From Phycisphaerales bacterium (lineage in GTDB: Bacteria; Planctomycetota; Phycisphaerae; Phycisphaerales; UBA1924), in contig JBOHNL010000004.1 in NCBI GenBank assembly GCA_050730655.1, positions 109,703 through 173,702 of the forward strand: a stretch of DNA of 64,000 nucleotides. The letters run 5' to 3'. The notes below the pieces were generated by a model. That model worked only from the letters and a program-made list of their open reading frames with translations, did no database searches and had not been told where the DNA came from. The position numbers and the translations under genes are program-made. Shown in pieces: positions 8,383-18,467 of the stretch (its first letter is position 1; each line of letters opens with the position of its first letter).

Positions 8383-9990
8383 ATGGCATTGGCCGAACCG
8401 CAACGAACAAGAAGGGTCGCCCGCGCCACTTCGACGCTGCTCGCAGCAATCGACATCGGCAGTAATGCTGTCCGCTTCGCCCTCGCAAGGGCCGACGCAC
8501 GAGGCGGTCTCACGATTCTCGATGAACGCCGGCGTCCCACCCGCCTCGGCGCGAATCTCGCGAGCGGCAAGGGGCTTCCAAAGGCCGCAGTCAAGGCCAC
8601 CATCGCCGCAGTCAAGGAATTCTGCTTCGACGCGCTCCGTCACGATGTCAAATTCACGCGCGTCGTCGCGACCGCTGCTGTGCGCGAGGCGCCCGACGGT
8701 GCAAACTTCGTCCGCCGGCTCGAGTCCCAGACCGGGCTTCCGGTCGAGATCATCGGCGCGGACGAAGAGGCACGCCTTGCGTTCTCAAGCTGCCGCGCCG
8801 CGTTCGATCTGCAGAAACAAACTGTCGCGATCGTCGATATCGGTGGCGGCAGCGTGCAGGTCAGTCTTGCCTGGCGGGGCGTGCTCTTCGATTCGATCTC
8901 TATGCCGCTCGGCGCTGTGCGCCTGACGTCTATGTTTCAGCCCGCGAAGCGAAAGGACGCCGGTGATCCGCTCGCTCGCATGCGCAAATACGTGGCGCAA
9001 ACCATCGAAAAGAGTCTGCCGGCGTTGGAGCTTTCACCTTCCACGCTCATCGGCTGCGGCGGGACCTTCGCCACCATCGGTGCACTCGTGGGTGATTTCG
9101 CCGGGCGGCGCGTTTTGGGCCCGATGCTCGCGCAAAAGGTTCGGCCGCTTGTGAGCGCCGGTCACACCGCAGCCGAACTCGCGCAGCTGGTGGATTCGAT
9201 CGAAAAACTCGACAGCCCCAAACGCGCGGAGCTGCTTCGGAAAGCCGGCGTCCCTCCCGATCGCGCCGAGATTCTTCCCGCCGGGCTATTGGTCGCCCGC
9301 GAACTCGTCAAGCGGCTGGGGGTGAAGCGAATTGTGCCCCATGTTGGGGGCGTACGCGACGGCTTGCTCCGCGAGATGGCTGTCCCCGGAACAGCCGCGG
9401 GGCTGACCGACCGCGCCCGCGAACTTGCCCGAGCCGCCCGATACGAAGTCGCCCATAGCGAACAAGTCGCGCATCTCGCGGTGGCACTTCTTCACGATCT
9501 GGCCGATGTCGATCGAATCCGCGAAGCGCTCGACGATCGCCCCGATGCCACGGAACTCCTTGAGAGCGCGGGCCTGCTCCACGATCTGGGCGTGCCCATT
9601 GATTACGACCGCCACCACAAAGTTTCGCGCCGCATTGTCGAGCTCGCAAACTGGCGCGGCATCGCCCCGCTCGATCGCGCCATCATCGCCAACATCGCGC
9701 GGTATCACCGAAAGTCGCTCCCGCTTCCAAAGCACGCCCCGTTCATGACGCTTCCGCCCCGCGCGCGCCAGATCGTCCGCGTCCTTGCCGGAATTCTGCG
9801 AATCGCCGATGGCCTCGATCGCTCGCACGCCCAATTGACGACAGGCGTCCGGGTTCGGATCACGCCGTCGACGCTCCACATCGTCGCCGAAGGTGTCGGA
9901 GCCGACCAACCCGACATCCGGGCTGGGGCCAAGAAATCGGACCTGCTTTCCGCCGCGATTCGCCGAAGAATCACGGTCAGCGCGGGATGA
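8383..9990 (+). CDS. ppx: Ppx/GppA-family exopolyphosphatase with C-terminal HD domain
   Basis: LLAAIDIGSNAVRFALAR ASKHA N-terminus. C-terminal LLHDLG...HHK HD-type motifs. Confidence 0.85.
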   Translation: MALAEPQRTRRVARATSTLLAAIDIGSNAVRFALARADARGGLTILDERRRPTRLGANLASGKGLPKAAVKATIAAVKEFCFDALRHDVKFTRVVATAAVREAPDGANFVRRLESQTGLPVEIIGADEEARLAFSSCRAAFDLQKQTVAIVDIGGGSVQVSLAWRGVLFDSISMPLGAVRLTSMFQPAKRKDAGDPLARMRKYVAQTIEKSLPALELSPSTLIGCGGTFATIGALVGDFAGRRVLGPMLAQKVRPLVSAGHTAAELAQLVDSIEKLDSPKRAELLRKAGVPPDRAEILPAGLLVARELVKRLGVKRIVPHVGGVRDGLLREMAVPGTAAGLTDRARELARAARYEVAHSEQVAHLAVALLHDLADVDRIREALDDRPDATELLESAGLLHDLGVPIDYDRHHKVSRRIVELANWRGIAPLDRAIIANIARYHRKSLPLPKHAPFMTLPPRARQIVRVLAGILRIADGLDRSHAQLTTGVRVRITPSTLHIVAEGVGADQPDIRAGAKKSDLLSAAIRRRITVSAG

Positions 9991-10046
9991 AACCAAAACC
10001 GCTCGGCTGACCGAGCCGGAATGACGATAATTCGCCAGTCTAGAAA

Positions 10047-11006
10047 ATGCTCGGGCAAATCGGACGTGAAACGGGAGTGTGCATGCGGGAAGTGTTGCGA
10101 TCAGTCGTCAGCGGAATCAGGAAGAGCCCGGCGCTCAATTCAGTTGCACGCGCCTGCGTGAAGGCGATCCCCGATAAGCGCCACATCACCAACATGCGCG
10201 ACATCGGCCCCGTCGCGATCCGACTGCGGCGTCACCGCTACCTGCTGTGGGAGCATCCGCTCATCCACGATGCGTTCATGGTCTCGCTCTTCGCGCGCCT
10301 TATCAAGCCCAACGACGTTGTGTATGACATCGGCGCAAACATCGGACTCTACACCCGCCTGATGCACCAGTGGTTCGGGGCAAGCTATCTGTACGCGTTT
10401 GAGCCGATGCTCGAGAATCGCGAACTGCTTGAAGAAAACGTGCGCCTCGGCAACATGCAGAAGATCACCGAGGTCTCCGCGCTTGCGCTCTCCGATGCCG
10501 CGGGAAAAGAAGAACTCCAGATCGACGACATGAACTCCGGCTCAGCCGTCCTCAACAGCATTTCCGGTGGCGAGGCGTCCAGCGGCCGCGCCCACTTCGG
10601 ACTTCCGCCGAAGACCGAAACCGTCGAACTCGAAACGCTTGATGCGTTCGTCCGGCGCTCCGGCGTCCGCCCACCGACGATGATGAAGATTGATACCGAA
10701 GGCGCGGAGGTGAAAATCCTCATCGGCGGGCGTGAAACCATCCGTACGCACAAGCCCAGAATGGCCATAGCCCTGCACGGCGAGGACAAAGCCAAGGGCA
10801 CGCTCGAACAACTCGAGATCCTCCAGTGCCCCGCGTACGGCTACGTGAAGGAGGGCGGTAAAGTGATCTACCGCCGCCTTGCTGTCGCGGATTTCGACCG
10901 CCTGGGAAACAACAACATCCTCGCGGCATACGACGAAGAGCTGCTCCGCCAGGAACCAAAGCCGCTGGAGAGCGCACCCAAACCGGGGGCCCACTCAGGG
11001 AAGTAA
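10047..11006 (+). CDS. FkbM-family methyltransferase
   Basis: VVYDIGANIGLYT (SAM motif) and MKIDTEGAE. The start could instead be the internal MREVL. Confidence 0.8.
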   Translation: MLGQIGRETGVCMREVLRSVVSGIRKSPALNSVARACVKAIPDKRHITNMRDIGPVAIRLRRHRYLLWEHPLIHDAFMVSLFARLIKPNDVVYDIGANIGLYTRLMHQWFGASYLYAFEPMLENRELLEENVRLGNMQKITEVSALALSDAAGKEELQIDDMNSGSAVLNSISGGEASSGRAHFGLPPKTETVELETLDAFVRRSGVRPPTMMKIDTEGAEVKILIGGRETIRTHKPRMAIALHGEDKAKGTLEQLEILQCPAYGYVKEGGKVIYRRLAVADFDRLGNNNILAAYDEELLRQEPKPLESAPKPGAHSGK

Positions 11007-11133
11007 CCCGTTTTCGGACGCCGAAGCGAATCCAGCGAATCTTTCTCGCATTGGCCTTGCGTTGGCCTGTACGATGTTGTCGCCGATCGTCGCAGCCATG
11101 CGACGTGGCGTCAATCACCGGAGAGACAGAGAG

Positions 11134-12558
11134 ATGCGGAAATCCCATTCGGTCGTCCTGCTGGCGGGCTTGCTTTCCTGCGGCGCACTGGCGGACGACG
11201 CGCAAACCGTCGGCGTTCCTGAACGCTTTGACAATCAGAAAGTTGTCCGCATCGCGCCGCGTGGAATCGCGGATGTGAATCTGCTTGAGCAAATTTCCAA
11301 CGATCGCTGGACGTGCGGCCCGGGCGGCCCAAACGGCGAAGCCGATTACCGTGTAAAGGCTGCGGACTTGCCGCTGCTCAATCAGGCCGGAGTTCCCTAC
11401 CACGTCATCATCGATGATGTCCAGGCGCTGGTCGATGCGGAACAGGCCGAGATCAACGACCCGTTCCGGGATCGTGCGTTCTTTGATGCGTATCAGAACT
11501 ACACGGGCGTAAGCGACTACGTCAACACGCTCGTCTCGGCCTACCCCGGCTTTGTGACGCGCATCTCGCTGGGCAATTCGCTCCAGGGCCGCGAGATCTT
11601 CGGCTGCCGCGTCACCAGCCCGGTTCCGCCGATCGGCGGCTCGCCCCGCAAGCCCGTCGTCTTCTTCAACAGCGAGCAGCACGCGCGCGAGTGGATCGGT
11701 GTCATGGTCGACATGTACGTCGCCACGCAGTTCCTTTCGCAGTATCCGAGCAACACCGTCATCAAGAACCTGCTTGATACCTACGAATTCGTGTTTGTCC
11801 CGCTGAGCAATCCCGACGGCTACAACATCACATGGACCACCAGCCGCCTCTGGCGCAAAAACGCACGGACAGTCAGCGGCACAGTGCGGGGCGTCGACCT
11901 CAATCGCAACTGGAGTACCGGCTGGGGCCTCAATTCCGGTTCGAGCGGCAGCGTGTCGAACGACACCTACCGAGGCACCGCGCCGTTCTCCGAACCCGAG
12001 ACCCAGGTCCTCAGCAACTACGCCCTGTCGATTCCCAAACTCGTCGCGAGCATCGACTTCCACAGCTATTCGCAGCTGGTGCTGCGCCCGTGGACGTATC
12101 AGTACACGTTGCCTCCCGGAATCGCGTCGTTTGATCGCATCGGCAACTCGATGGTGAGCGCGATTGCTGCCAGCACTGGCGCCAGCTACGAGTACGGCGG
12201 TCCGGACATTCTGTATTTGGCCTCGGGAACGGCCCCGGACTGGTTCTTCGCAACCACCGGCGCCGTCGCGCTGACGATCGAGCTTCGCGACACCGGCCAG
12301 AACGGCTTTGTGCTGCCGGTTTCACAGATCGTTCCGACGGGCAACGACGGTTTGGCCGGCGCGCTCGCGCTCGTCACCGGACTCTGCCGCGCCGATTTGA
12401 ACCGCGACAACGTCGTCGACGACAGCGACTTCGTCCTGTTCGCGACCGCGTACGACACGTTTCTGACGAACAGCGCCGATTTCACCGGAGACGCGCGAAC
12501 CGACGACTCGGACTTTGTGTACTTCGCCGAGGCGTACGACCATCTGTCGTGCCCCTGA
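11134..12558 (+). CDS. secreted M14 zinc carboxypeptidase with C-terminal tandem dockerin-like module
   Basis: ORF 10879..12558. The ATG at 11134 gives the signal peptide MRKSHSVVLLAGLLSCGALA. Zn motif QHAREW is present. The C-terminus carries DLNRDNVVDDSDF and ARTDDSDF repeats and ends in CP. Confidence 0.85.
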   Translation: MRKSHSVVLLAGLLSCGALADDAQTVGVPERFDNQKVVRIAPRGIADVNLLEQISNDRWTCGPGGPNGEADYRVKAADLPLLNQAGVPYHVIIDDVQALVDAEQAEINDPFRDRAFFDAYQNYTGVSDYVNTLVSAYPGFVTRISLGNSLQGREIFGCRVTSPVPPIGGSPRKPVVFFNSEQHAREWIGVMVDMYVATQFLSQYPSNTVIKNLLDTYEFVFVPLSNPDGYNITWTTSRLWRKNARTVSGTVRGVDLNRNWSTGWGLNSGSSGSVSNDTYRGTAPFSEPETQVLSNYALSIPKLVASIDFHSYSQLVLRPWTYQYTLPPGIASFDRIGNSMVSAIAASTGASYEYGGPDILYLASGTAPDWFFATTGAVALTIELRDTGQNGFVLPVSQIVPTGNDGLAGALALVTGLCRADLNRDNVVDDSDFVLFATAYDTFLTNSADFTGDARTDDSDFVYFAEAYDHLSCP

Positions 12559-12746
12559 TTGCGGGCATTGCAGTCCGATAAAGCAAATAAATCCGCAACA
12601 ATTCCGATCAAGTTCCGCAGGGTTCCAGTCGCGTTTCTTGCGAAAGTGTCGTATTCTCGAGTTGTGGCCGCAATGGCGGGCACGCGAGAAGGTTTTTGTA
12701 TACGCCGAGCCTGGGCGCTCATGCCCCGCGCTCGCGGGAGAGACTC

Positions 12747-15032
12747 ATGCAGAATACGAAGAACGGCCGCTCCAAGTTGGCAACCATCGGCGCACTTGTC
12801 GCATTGAGCGGCGCCGCCGCCTCGGCGCTCGCGCAGCTCGGTTCGTTCCCCGTGTCGGACTTGGCGGGACAAGGCATGTTGCCGTTCCAGTTGGAACTCG
12901 CAATCAGCGAGAAAGCGCCGTCCACGATGAGCGCGAGCCTGATGCGCTCCGCGGTTGTGCGTGCGATGCACAGCACCAAGATGTGCTATGCATCGAACCT
13001 GACGAACGAACAGTGGCAGAACTTGCTCACCACCTTCCAGTTCCTGCCGCCATCTCAGACGCCCGCCGATCCCAATGATCCGTTCGGCGATCGTTTCAAT
13101 GTCGACACCTACCGGTGGGGCCCCGCGGGAACCGCGAGCAGCTCATTCCCGAGCGGCGTCGCGATCGCGACGAACCTCACGGTGAGTTTCCCGAATGACG
13201 GCCCGACCTGGGGAAATGCAGGCTCTGGTTTCGCTGTCGCTGCGAACGGCCTTGGCGCGTCGCTCACCAGCCAGTTCGGAAACCTCGAAAAGGGACGCGA
13301 GTATCTCCGTCAATGTTTGGGCTCGTGGCGTCGTTATGGCGGCATCACGTATACCGAAGTCGCCGACGACAACACGACGATGACCAACTCGGCCGCTCAC
13401 AATGCCGCTCGGGGCGATATCCGCCTCGGTGGCATTTCGCTGAACGGACAGAGCGGCGTTCTCGCGTACAACTGCTTCCCCTCCCCGGGTGGTCTCGGCG
13501 GCTCGCTCACCGGCGGCGACATGACGATCAACACCGCCTACTTCGGCGACGCAAGCACCTTTAACGGAACTGCGAACAACTACCGGTATTTCCGCAACGT
13601 CTGCACGCACGAGCACGGCCACGGCCTTGGCTTTATTCACCAGATACCGTGCACCAGCACGAAGCTGATGGAGCCGTTCATTCAGACGGTCACCGAGGGC
13701 CTGCCGGTCGACGACCGTCGCGCCGTCAACCGAAACTATGGCGATCGTTTCAGCGGCAACCAGTCGCTCGCCACCGCGAAGGATTTCGGCGAGCTTGGCA
13801 GCCCCGCCCGTTCCATTTCGAGCCAATCGCTTTCGTTGAACGGCTACTGGAACAACGGTGCGAATGCGTCAGGCGCGGACTATTTCAAGTTCACGTTGAG
13901 CACGACACAGAACGTTGTCATCAAAGTAACGCCGATGGGCAACACGTATTCCACGGGACCGCAGGCAAGCGGATGCACCGGGACCGCAACCGCGTACGCG
14001 ACCAACAACAACGCCGATCTGGCATATGTGCTGACGAACTCAGACGGCTCGGTGACCATCGGCGCCGTGAATGCAACTGCGCCGGGTGCGGCTGAAACTT
14101 TCACGTTCTCGAATCTGGCCGCCGGTTCCTATGCCCTTCAGGTTTACGACAACAACGCCGCAAACCCGACCAACGGCGCAGACGCAAACACGATTCTTCA
14201 GCTCTACAACCTTGAAATCCAGGTCGGCACGAACGTCTACGCCGATCCCTATGCCAACGCGGGCATCAACAAGCGAATTCAGGCTGGCCTTGCCGCTCAG
14301 TTCATCGGCGATATCAACTCGGGTATCACCGAGACCCGCATCGCCGAGACGATTTCGCGTTACGAGTGGGATCTTGACGGCGACGGTGTGTTCGAAACCG
14401 GGGTCGCACCCGCTGCGTCCGTTCCCAAGCCCACGATGACATACGTTTCGAACGGCACCTACCCGGTGACGCTCCGCGTTCGTGACAGCCAAGGCAAGAC
14501 CGGCACCGACACGATCAATGTGGTTGTTTTCGGCGGAGTTACGACCTTCACCAACACACCGGTCAACGGCGTGCAGGGGACGATAGTTCCGTTCACCATC
14601 GTCGGCACGAATCTGAAGAATGTGACCAGCGCCTCGCAGGTGACTCTGACCTCGGGTACCGGCGTGACCGTCACCGGAACCCCCGTACCCAACTCAATGG
14701 GCACGCAGGTCACCGGCCTTTCGTTCGTAATCGATATCGCGGCCTCAGTCGGTGGACACAACACCCGCGTCGGAAACATCGACGGCAACGCGACGTATAC
14801 CGACTTCCTGACCGTGACGGCCGCCGCGGCACCCTGCCCCGGCGATCTCAACGGCGACGGCTTTGTGGACGATTCGGACTTCGTCCTCTTCGCCGCGGCG
14901 TACGACCTGCTCGATTGCGCCGATCCGTCCATGCCGGCGGGCTGCCCGGCCGACCTGAACGACGACGGCATTGTCGACGACACGGACTTCGTGATGTTCT
15001 CGTCCGCGTACGACGCGTTCCTCTGCCCGTAA
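12747..15032 (+). CDS. secreted metzincin-type metalloprotease with PKD domain and C-terminal tandem dockerin-like module
   Basis: The ATG at 12747 gives the signal peptide MQNTKNGRSKLATIGALVALSGAAASALAQ. Contains HEHGHGLGFIH (HExxHxxGxxH) and a PKD-like WDLDGDG...YPVTLRVRDSQG segment. The C-terminus carries DLNGDGFVDDSDF and DLNDDGIVDDTDF and ends in CP. Confidence 0.8.
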   Translation: MQNTKNGRSKLATIGALVALSGAAASALAQLGSFPVSDLAGQGMLPFQLELAISEKAPSTMSASLMRSAVVRAMHSTKMCYASNLTNEQWQNLLTTFQFLPPSQTPADPNDPFGDRFNVDTYRWGPAGTASSSFPSGVAIATNLTVSFPNDGPTWGNAGSGFAVAANGLGASLTSQFGNLEKGREYLRQCLGSWRRYGGITYTEVADDNTTMTNSAAHNAARGDIRLGGISLNGQSGVLAYNCFPSPGGLGGSLTGGDMTINTAYFGDASTFNGTANNYRYFRNVCTHEHGHGLGFIHQIPCTSTKLMEPFIQTVTEGLPVDDRRAVNRNYGDRFSGNQSLATAKDFGELGSPARSISSQSLSLNGYWNNGANASGADYFKFTLSTTQNVVIKVTPMGNTYSTGPQASGCTGTATAYATNNNADLAYVLTNSDGSVTIGAVNATAPGAAETFTFSNLAAGSYALQVYDNNAANPTNGADANTILQLYNLEIQVGTNVYADPYANAGINKRIQAGLAAQFIGDINSGITETRIAETISRYEWDLDGDGVFETGVAPAASVPKPTMTYVSNGTYPVTLRVRDSQGKTGTDTINVVVFGGVTTFTNTPVNGVQGTIVPFTIVGTNLKNVTSASQVTLTSGTGVTVTGTPVPNSMGTQVTGLSFVIDIAASVGGHNTRVGNIDGNATYTDFLTVTAAAAPCPGDLNGDGFVDDSDFVLFAAAYDLLDCADPSMPAGCPADLNDDGIVDDTDFVMFSSAYDAFLCP

Positions 15033-15081
15033 TGGCAGGGTCGCCCGACGCTGGCGAATGAGATACTTCGCAAAATAGAAA

Positions 15082-15114
15082 ACGCCGCCGGGAGACCGGC
15101 GGCGTTTTTCTTTT
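15082..15114 (+). terminator. intrinsic terminator after the metalloprotease gene
   Basis: ACGCCGCCGG-gaga-CCGGCGGCGT 10-bp GC stem followed by TTTTTCTTTT. Confidence 0.7.
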
Positions 15115-15117
15115 CAA

Positions 15118-15189
15118 AGCGGGCGAAGGGATTTGAACCCTCGACCTTCTCGTTGGCAACGAGACGCTCTACCACTGAGCTACGCCCGC
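15118..15189 (-). tRNA. tRNA-Gly (anticodon GCC)
   Basis: The reverse complement GCGGGCGTAGCTCAGTGGTAGAGCGTCTCGTTGCCAACGAGAAGGTCGAGGGTTCAAATCCCTTCGCCCGC folds as a cloverleaf. It has a 7-bp acceptor stem, a TTGCCAA anticodon loop and a GGTTCAAAT T-loop. No CCA is encoded. Confidence 0.92.
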
Positions 15190-15264
15190 AAGACCAGACA
15201 GGACTCTTCAATTGTCGCCCTTCCAGCCGGGTCGAACGTGCCGAATCGACCGGAAGCGGGTAGA

Positions 15265-15293
15265 AAGTTAGCCGGAGCAACCCGCAAGGTCAA
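15265..15293 (-). promoter_or_regulatory. sigma70-like promoter candidate for tRNA-Gly
   Basis: On the minus strand, TTGACC (15293-15288), a 17-nt spacer, then TAACTT (15270-15265), about 75 nt upstream of the tRNA. Confidence 0.35.
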
Positions 15294-15328
15294 CTCGGAC
15301 GGATTGGTCGTCAAGGTCGGAAGCCACT

Positions 15329-17215
15329 TTACGCGGGAGGAAGCGGCCCGCGAACCGCCGCTTCAAGGTCCGACGGCTTAAAGAAACTGTTGAAATAGAT
15401 CGGCCGCTCTCGTCCCGGGCGATAGATCGCGACCAAAGGGATGCCTCCGCCCCCGGAGATTTCACGAACCAGCCCCCAGCCCTGGCTCTCGCCGGCGCTG
15501 GTGAGATCGATCTTGACCGGCACGACATTGGAGTCGTTCAGAATCCCGACCCCAGTTTCGCTCAGCAGCACGTTCCGCTCGATGACGTGGCAATTGGTGC
15601 ACCACTTGGCAGTGAAGTCCACCACCACCGTTTTTCCCGATTTGAGTGCGGCATCAATTTTCGCTCGCACATCACCCTCGGGGGCGTTTACAAATCTCGT
15701 CCACGTGACCGGCCCCTCAGAGGTCAGCGCACGCGTTGTCCAAACTGTGATTCCAATCCACATGAGTGCGAGGACGGTCACGGTGGCTTTCGCGCCGGTC
15801 GTCCGCAGCATGCGCCATCCGCCGACGATCGCCCAGACTCCGCCAAAGACCGCAACCGCGCCGACGGCAAACCAAGGCCACTTTTCGCTTGTCAAGTTGG
15901 AGAGCAGGAACGCGGCGACGGCGAGCATCAGGATGCCCAGCACCTGCTTGAGCAACTCGCCTCCGGGTCCGGCTTTCGGTAGCCGGTCGATCAAACGCGG
16001 GAATGCGATGAGCACCGCATACGGGAATGCCATGCCCGCGCCCATGACGACAAACGTGACCAGCCCCATCCACGGTGGTTGCGTCGCGGCCCACGCGATC
16101 GTCGCGCCAAGCAGCGGGCCTGTGCAGGGTGTCGAGAGCACGGCGGTCAGCCCGCCGAGCAGGAAATTCCCGAACACAGTGTCGTGGCTCGGATTGAGCA
16201 TGTACACCGATTGGGGCAGATTGACCGTGAACAGCCCGATCATTCCCAGCCCCATCACACCGACGATTGCCGCCATGATGATCGTGAACCACTGGCTTGT
16301 GAAAACCTGGCCCCAATCCTGCTTCTGGCCGCCGGTCACAATGCCGAAGATCAAGAGGCCCAAAACAAGAAACGTCGCGACGATTCCGACGCAGTAAACC
16401 GCGCCGAAAAGAGCCAGTTTTCCCGGATGTCCGGCCTGCTGCTGGAGCGAGAGGATCTTGATCGGAATCACCGGCAGCACGCACGGAGTCAAGTTGAGCA
16501 AAAACCCCGCGACAAACGCGATGAGCAGAATGACCAGCGACTGATCGCGACCGAGCGAGAATTCGTAACCGAAGAAATCGAACCGGCTGCGCGCCGTGGA
16601 GGGTGCCGCCGCGGTCGCGCCAGCGTTCATGCGCGAATAGACGCTCGGATCAAACTCCGTGAACAGGCCCGCCTCGCCAGCCGGTGCGGTTGCGATTTGC
16701 CCCAGCGGCTTCACTTCGAGCGAAACTTCCAGTTCGATCGTCTCGGGCATGAGACAGACCGATTCATCGCAGGCCTGAATCGCGACCGAGATCGGCAACT
16801 TCAGCGCGCCAACCGGAAAATCCGCGCTGAGCTGCACCGGAACAAAGGCCACCGCCTTGCCGACGAAGAATTCCATCTCGACCGGCTTGCCCACGAAGCC
16901 CACTTTCACGCGCGTCGGCTTGGGCCACTGAATCGGGCCGATCTTCATTTCCTTCGGTGCGACCAGTTGAATCACCGTCGGCTCGAGATTCAGATCTTTG
17001 AGTTCGGCCGGTGGAACCGGTTCGTTGGTCTGGGTGTGCCATCCCTTGGCGTGATCCAGAATGACCGCGATCGCGAATTGCTCGCCGGGTGCGACCTGGG
17101 TCCGCTGCGCCGACGCCGTCACCGTCACCTTCGTGGATGACCCAAACTGGGCGATCGCCGGGGTCGAAAATGCCGTTGTGAGCAGCGCCGCAAGCAGGAT
17201 TCCAAGTAGTCTCAT
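15329..17215 (-). CDS. dsbD: thiol:disulfide interchange protein, DsbD-like (membrane CcdA core plus C-terminal thioredoxin)
   Basis: ORF 15329..17329. The ATG at 17215 gives the signal peptide MRLLGILLAALLTTAFSTPAIAQ. Contains TPCVLPVIP and TPCTGPLLG membrane Cys motifs and a C-terminal WCTNCHV. Confidence 0.85.
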   Translation of the reverse strand: MRLLGILLAALLTTAFSTPAIAQFGSSTKVTVTASAQRTQVAPGEQFAIAVILDHAKGWHTQTNEPVPPAELKDLNLEPTVIQLVAPKEMKIGPIQWPKPTRVKVGFVGKPVEMEFFVGKAVAFVPVQLSADFPVGALKLPISVAIQACDESVCLMPETIELEVSLEVKPLGQIATAPAGEAGLFTEFDPSVYSRMNAGATAAAPSTARSRFDFFGYEFSLGRDQSLVILLIAFVAGFLLNLTPCVLPVIPIKILSLQQQAGHPGKLALFGAVYCVGIVATFLVLGLLIFGIVTGGQKQDWGQVFTSQWFTIIMAAIVGVMGLGMIGLFTVNLPQSVYMLNPSHDTVFGNFLLGGLTAVLSTPCTGPLLGATIAWAATQPPWMGLVTFVVMGAGMAFPYAVLIAFPRLIDRLPKAGPGGELLKQVLGILMLAVAAFLLSNLTSEKWPWFAVGAVAVFGGVWAIVGGWRMLRTTGAKATVTVLALMWIGITVWTTRALTSEGPVTWTRFVNAPEGDVRAKIDAALKSGKTVVVDFTAKWCTNCHVIERNVLLSETGVGILNDSNVVPVKIDLTSAGESQGWGLVREISGGGGIPLVAIYRPGRERPIYFNSFFKPSDLEAAVRGPLPPA

Positions 17216-17388
17216 TCGATCCAATTCCTTCCGGCAAGCCGGGGGAGCACAAAGGGGTGCATATCTCGTCCTGATCGGCCCTTCAACGTTCAAGGCTGCA
17301 CGAGAGGCCGGTCGATGATTGGATGCCACCGTTCGCGACCCGTTCCTCCCCAGCCTCCCTTGCCGCCTGACGGCCCTACGGAACCAAA

Positions 17389-18405
17389 ATGGCCGATGTT
17401 CTGAATCAGAGCGAAGTGGATGCCCTGCTTGCCGCGGTCGATACCGGCACGGTCGAGCAGGAGCAGCGCTCGGTCACGATCTTCAGCCGCCATCGCGACA
17501 CGACCGACGGCCTCGAGGTCAAGGCGTACGACTTCAAGCGCCCCGAGCGCGTCAGTAAAGATCAGATGCGTTCGCTCCAGACGCTTCACGAGAGTTTCGC
17601 CCGAAACTTCGGTGCGTCGCTCTCGGGCTTCCTTCGCACCATCGTCGAGGTCAAAGTCGCAACCTGCGAGCAGATGACCTATTCAGAGTTCATCGCCGGC
17701 CTTCCGAATCCGACCAGCTTCAACCTCATCAAGGCCGACGCGCTCGAAGGTCAGATCTGCCTCGAGATCTCTCCCCTCATCATCTATCCAATCATCGATC
17801 GCTTGCTGGGCGGCACCAGCCACGATCTCTTCATCCCGCAGCGACCGCTGACGCTGATCGAAACCCGCCTGATCGGCAACGTCACCACGCGCGGCCTCGC
17901 CACGCTTTCTGAAGCATGGAGCTCGGTCAAGAAGATGACGTTCAGTATCGCCGCCACCGAGAGCAACCCGCAGCTCGTACAGATTGTCCCGCCGAACGAA
18001 GTCGTGGTCGTGATCGGTTTCGAGCTCAAGATGAGCAACCGAGCCGGCACGATGAATCTGTGCATCCCCTACAACGTCATCGAGCCGGTGATGGAAGAAC
18101 TGAGCGCCCAAAGCTGGTTTACCTCCTCGAAGAATCAGAAATCGACTGAGATCGAACAGACGGTGGCCACCACGCTTGGCCGAGCAAGTCTGCAGGTCAC
18201 GGGGGTACTTGCCGAGACGACGATCAGCCTCCGAGATCTCCTGCTGATGGCCCCGGGCGACCTGCTGGTGACCGAAAAGCGGGCCGATCAGCCGGTGGTC
18301 GTCTGTGTTGAAGATGAGAAGAAGTTTCTGGCACGGGTGGGTCGCTGCCGGGGTAATAAAGCCCTTCGAATCGACCGAGCGATCGGCGTCGGGGACCGGG
18401 TTTAA
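17389..18405 (+). CDS. fliM: flagellar motor switch protein FliM
   Basis: LNQSEVDALL N-terminus, YDFKRPERVSKDQMRSLQTLHESFARNF motif and a SpoA-like C-terminus. Confidence 0.85.
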   Translation: MADVLNQSEVDALLAAVDTGTVEQEQRSVTIFSRHRDTTDGLEVKAYDFKRPERVSKDQMRSLQTLHESFARNFGASLSGFLRTIVEVKVATCEQMTYSEFIAGLPNPTSFNLIKADALEGQICLEISPLIIYPIIDRLLGGTSHDLFIPQRPLTLIETRLIGNVTTRGLATLSEAWSSVKKMTFSIAATESNPQLVQIVPPNEVVVVIGFELKMSNRAGTMNLCIPYNVIEPVMEELSAQSWFTSSKNQKSTEIEQTVATTLGRASLQVTGVLAETTISLRDLLLMAPGDLLVTEKRADQPVVVCVEDEKKFLARVGRCRGNKALRIDRAIGVGDRV

Positions 18406-18438
18406 TCCCCCAGACGCCCCTCCCGCGCTGTTCTTCAT

Positions 18439-18467
18439 TTGAAGGCTGCACTGCTTGTCGCTATACT
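18439..18467 (+). promoter_or_regulatory. near-consensus sigma70 promoter
   Basis: TTGAAG (18439-18444), exactly 17 nt, then TATACT (18462-18467). It lies 34 nt after the fliM stop and about 360 nt before the nusA ATG. Confidence 0.45.

Noticed and set aside
10047-11133. The FkbM methyltransferase upstream of the proteases as part of a dedicated modification system for them.
   Set aside because: The only evidence is adjacency. A second FkbM paralogue (59163..60005) sits in an unrelated context, and no glycosyltransferase or other partner genes are nearby.
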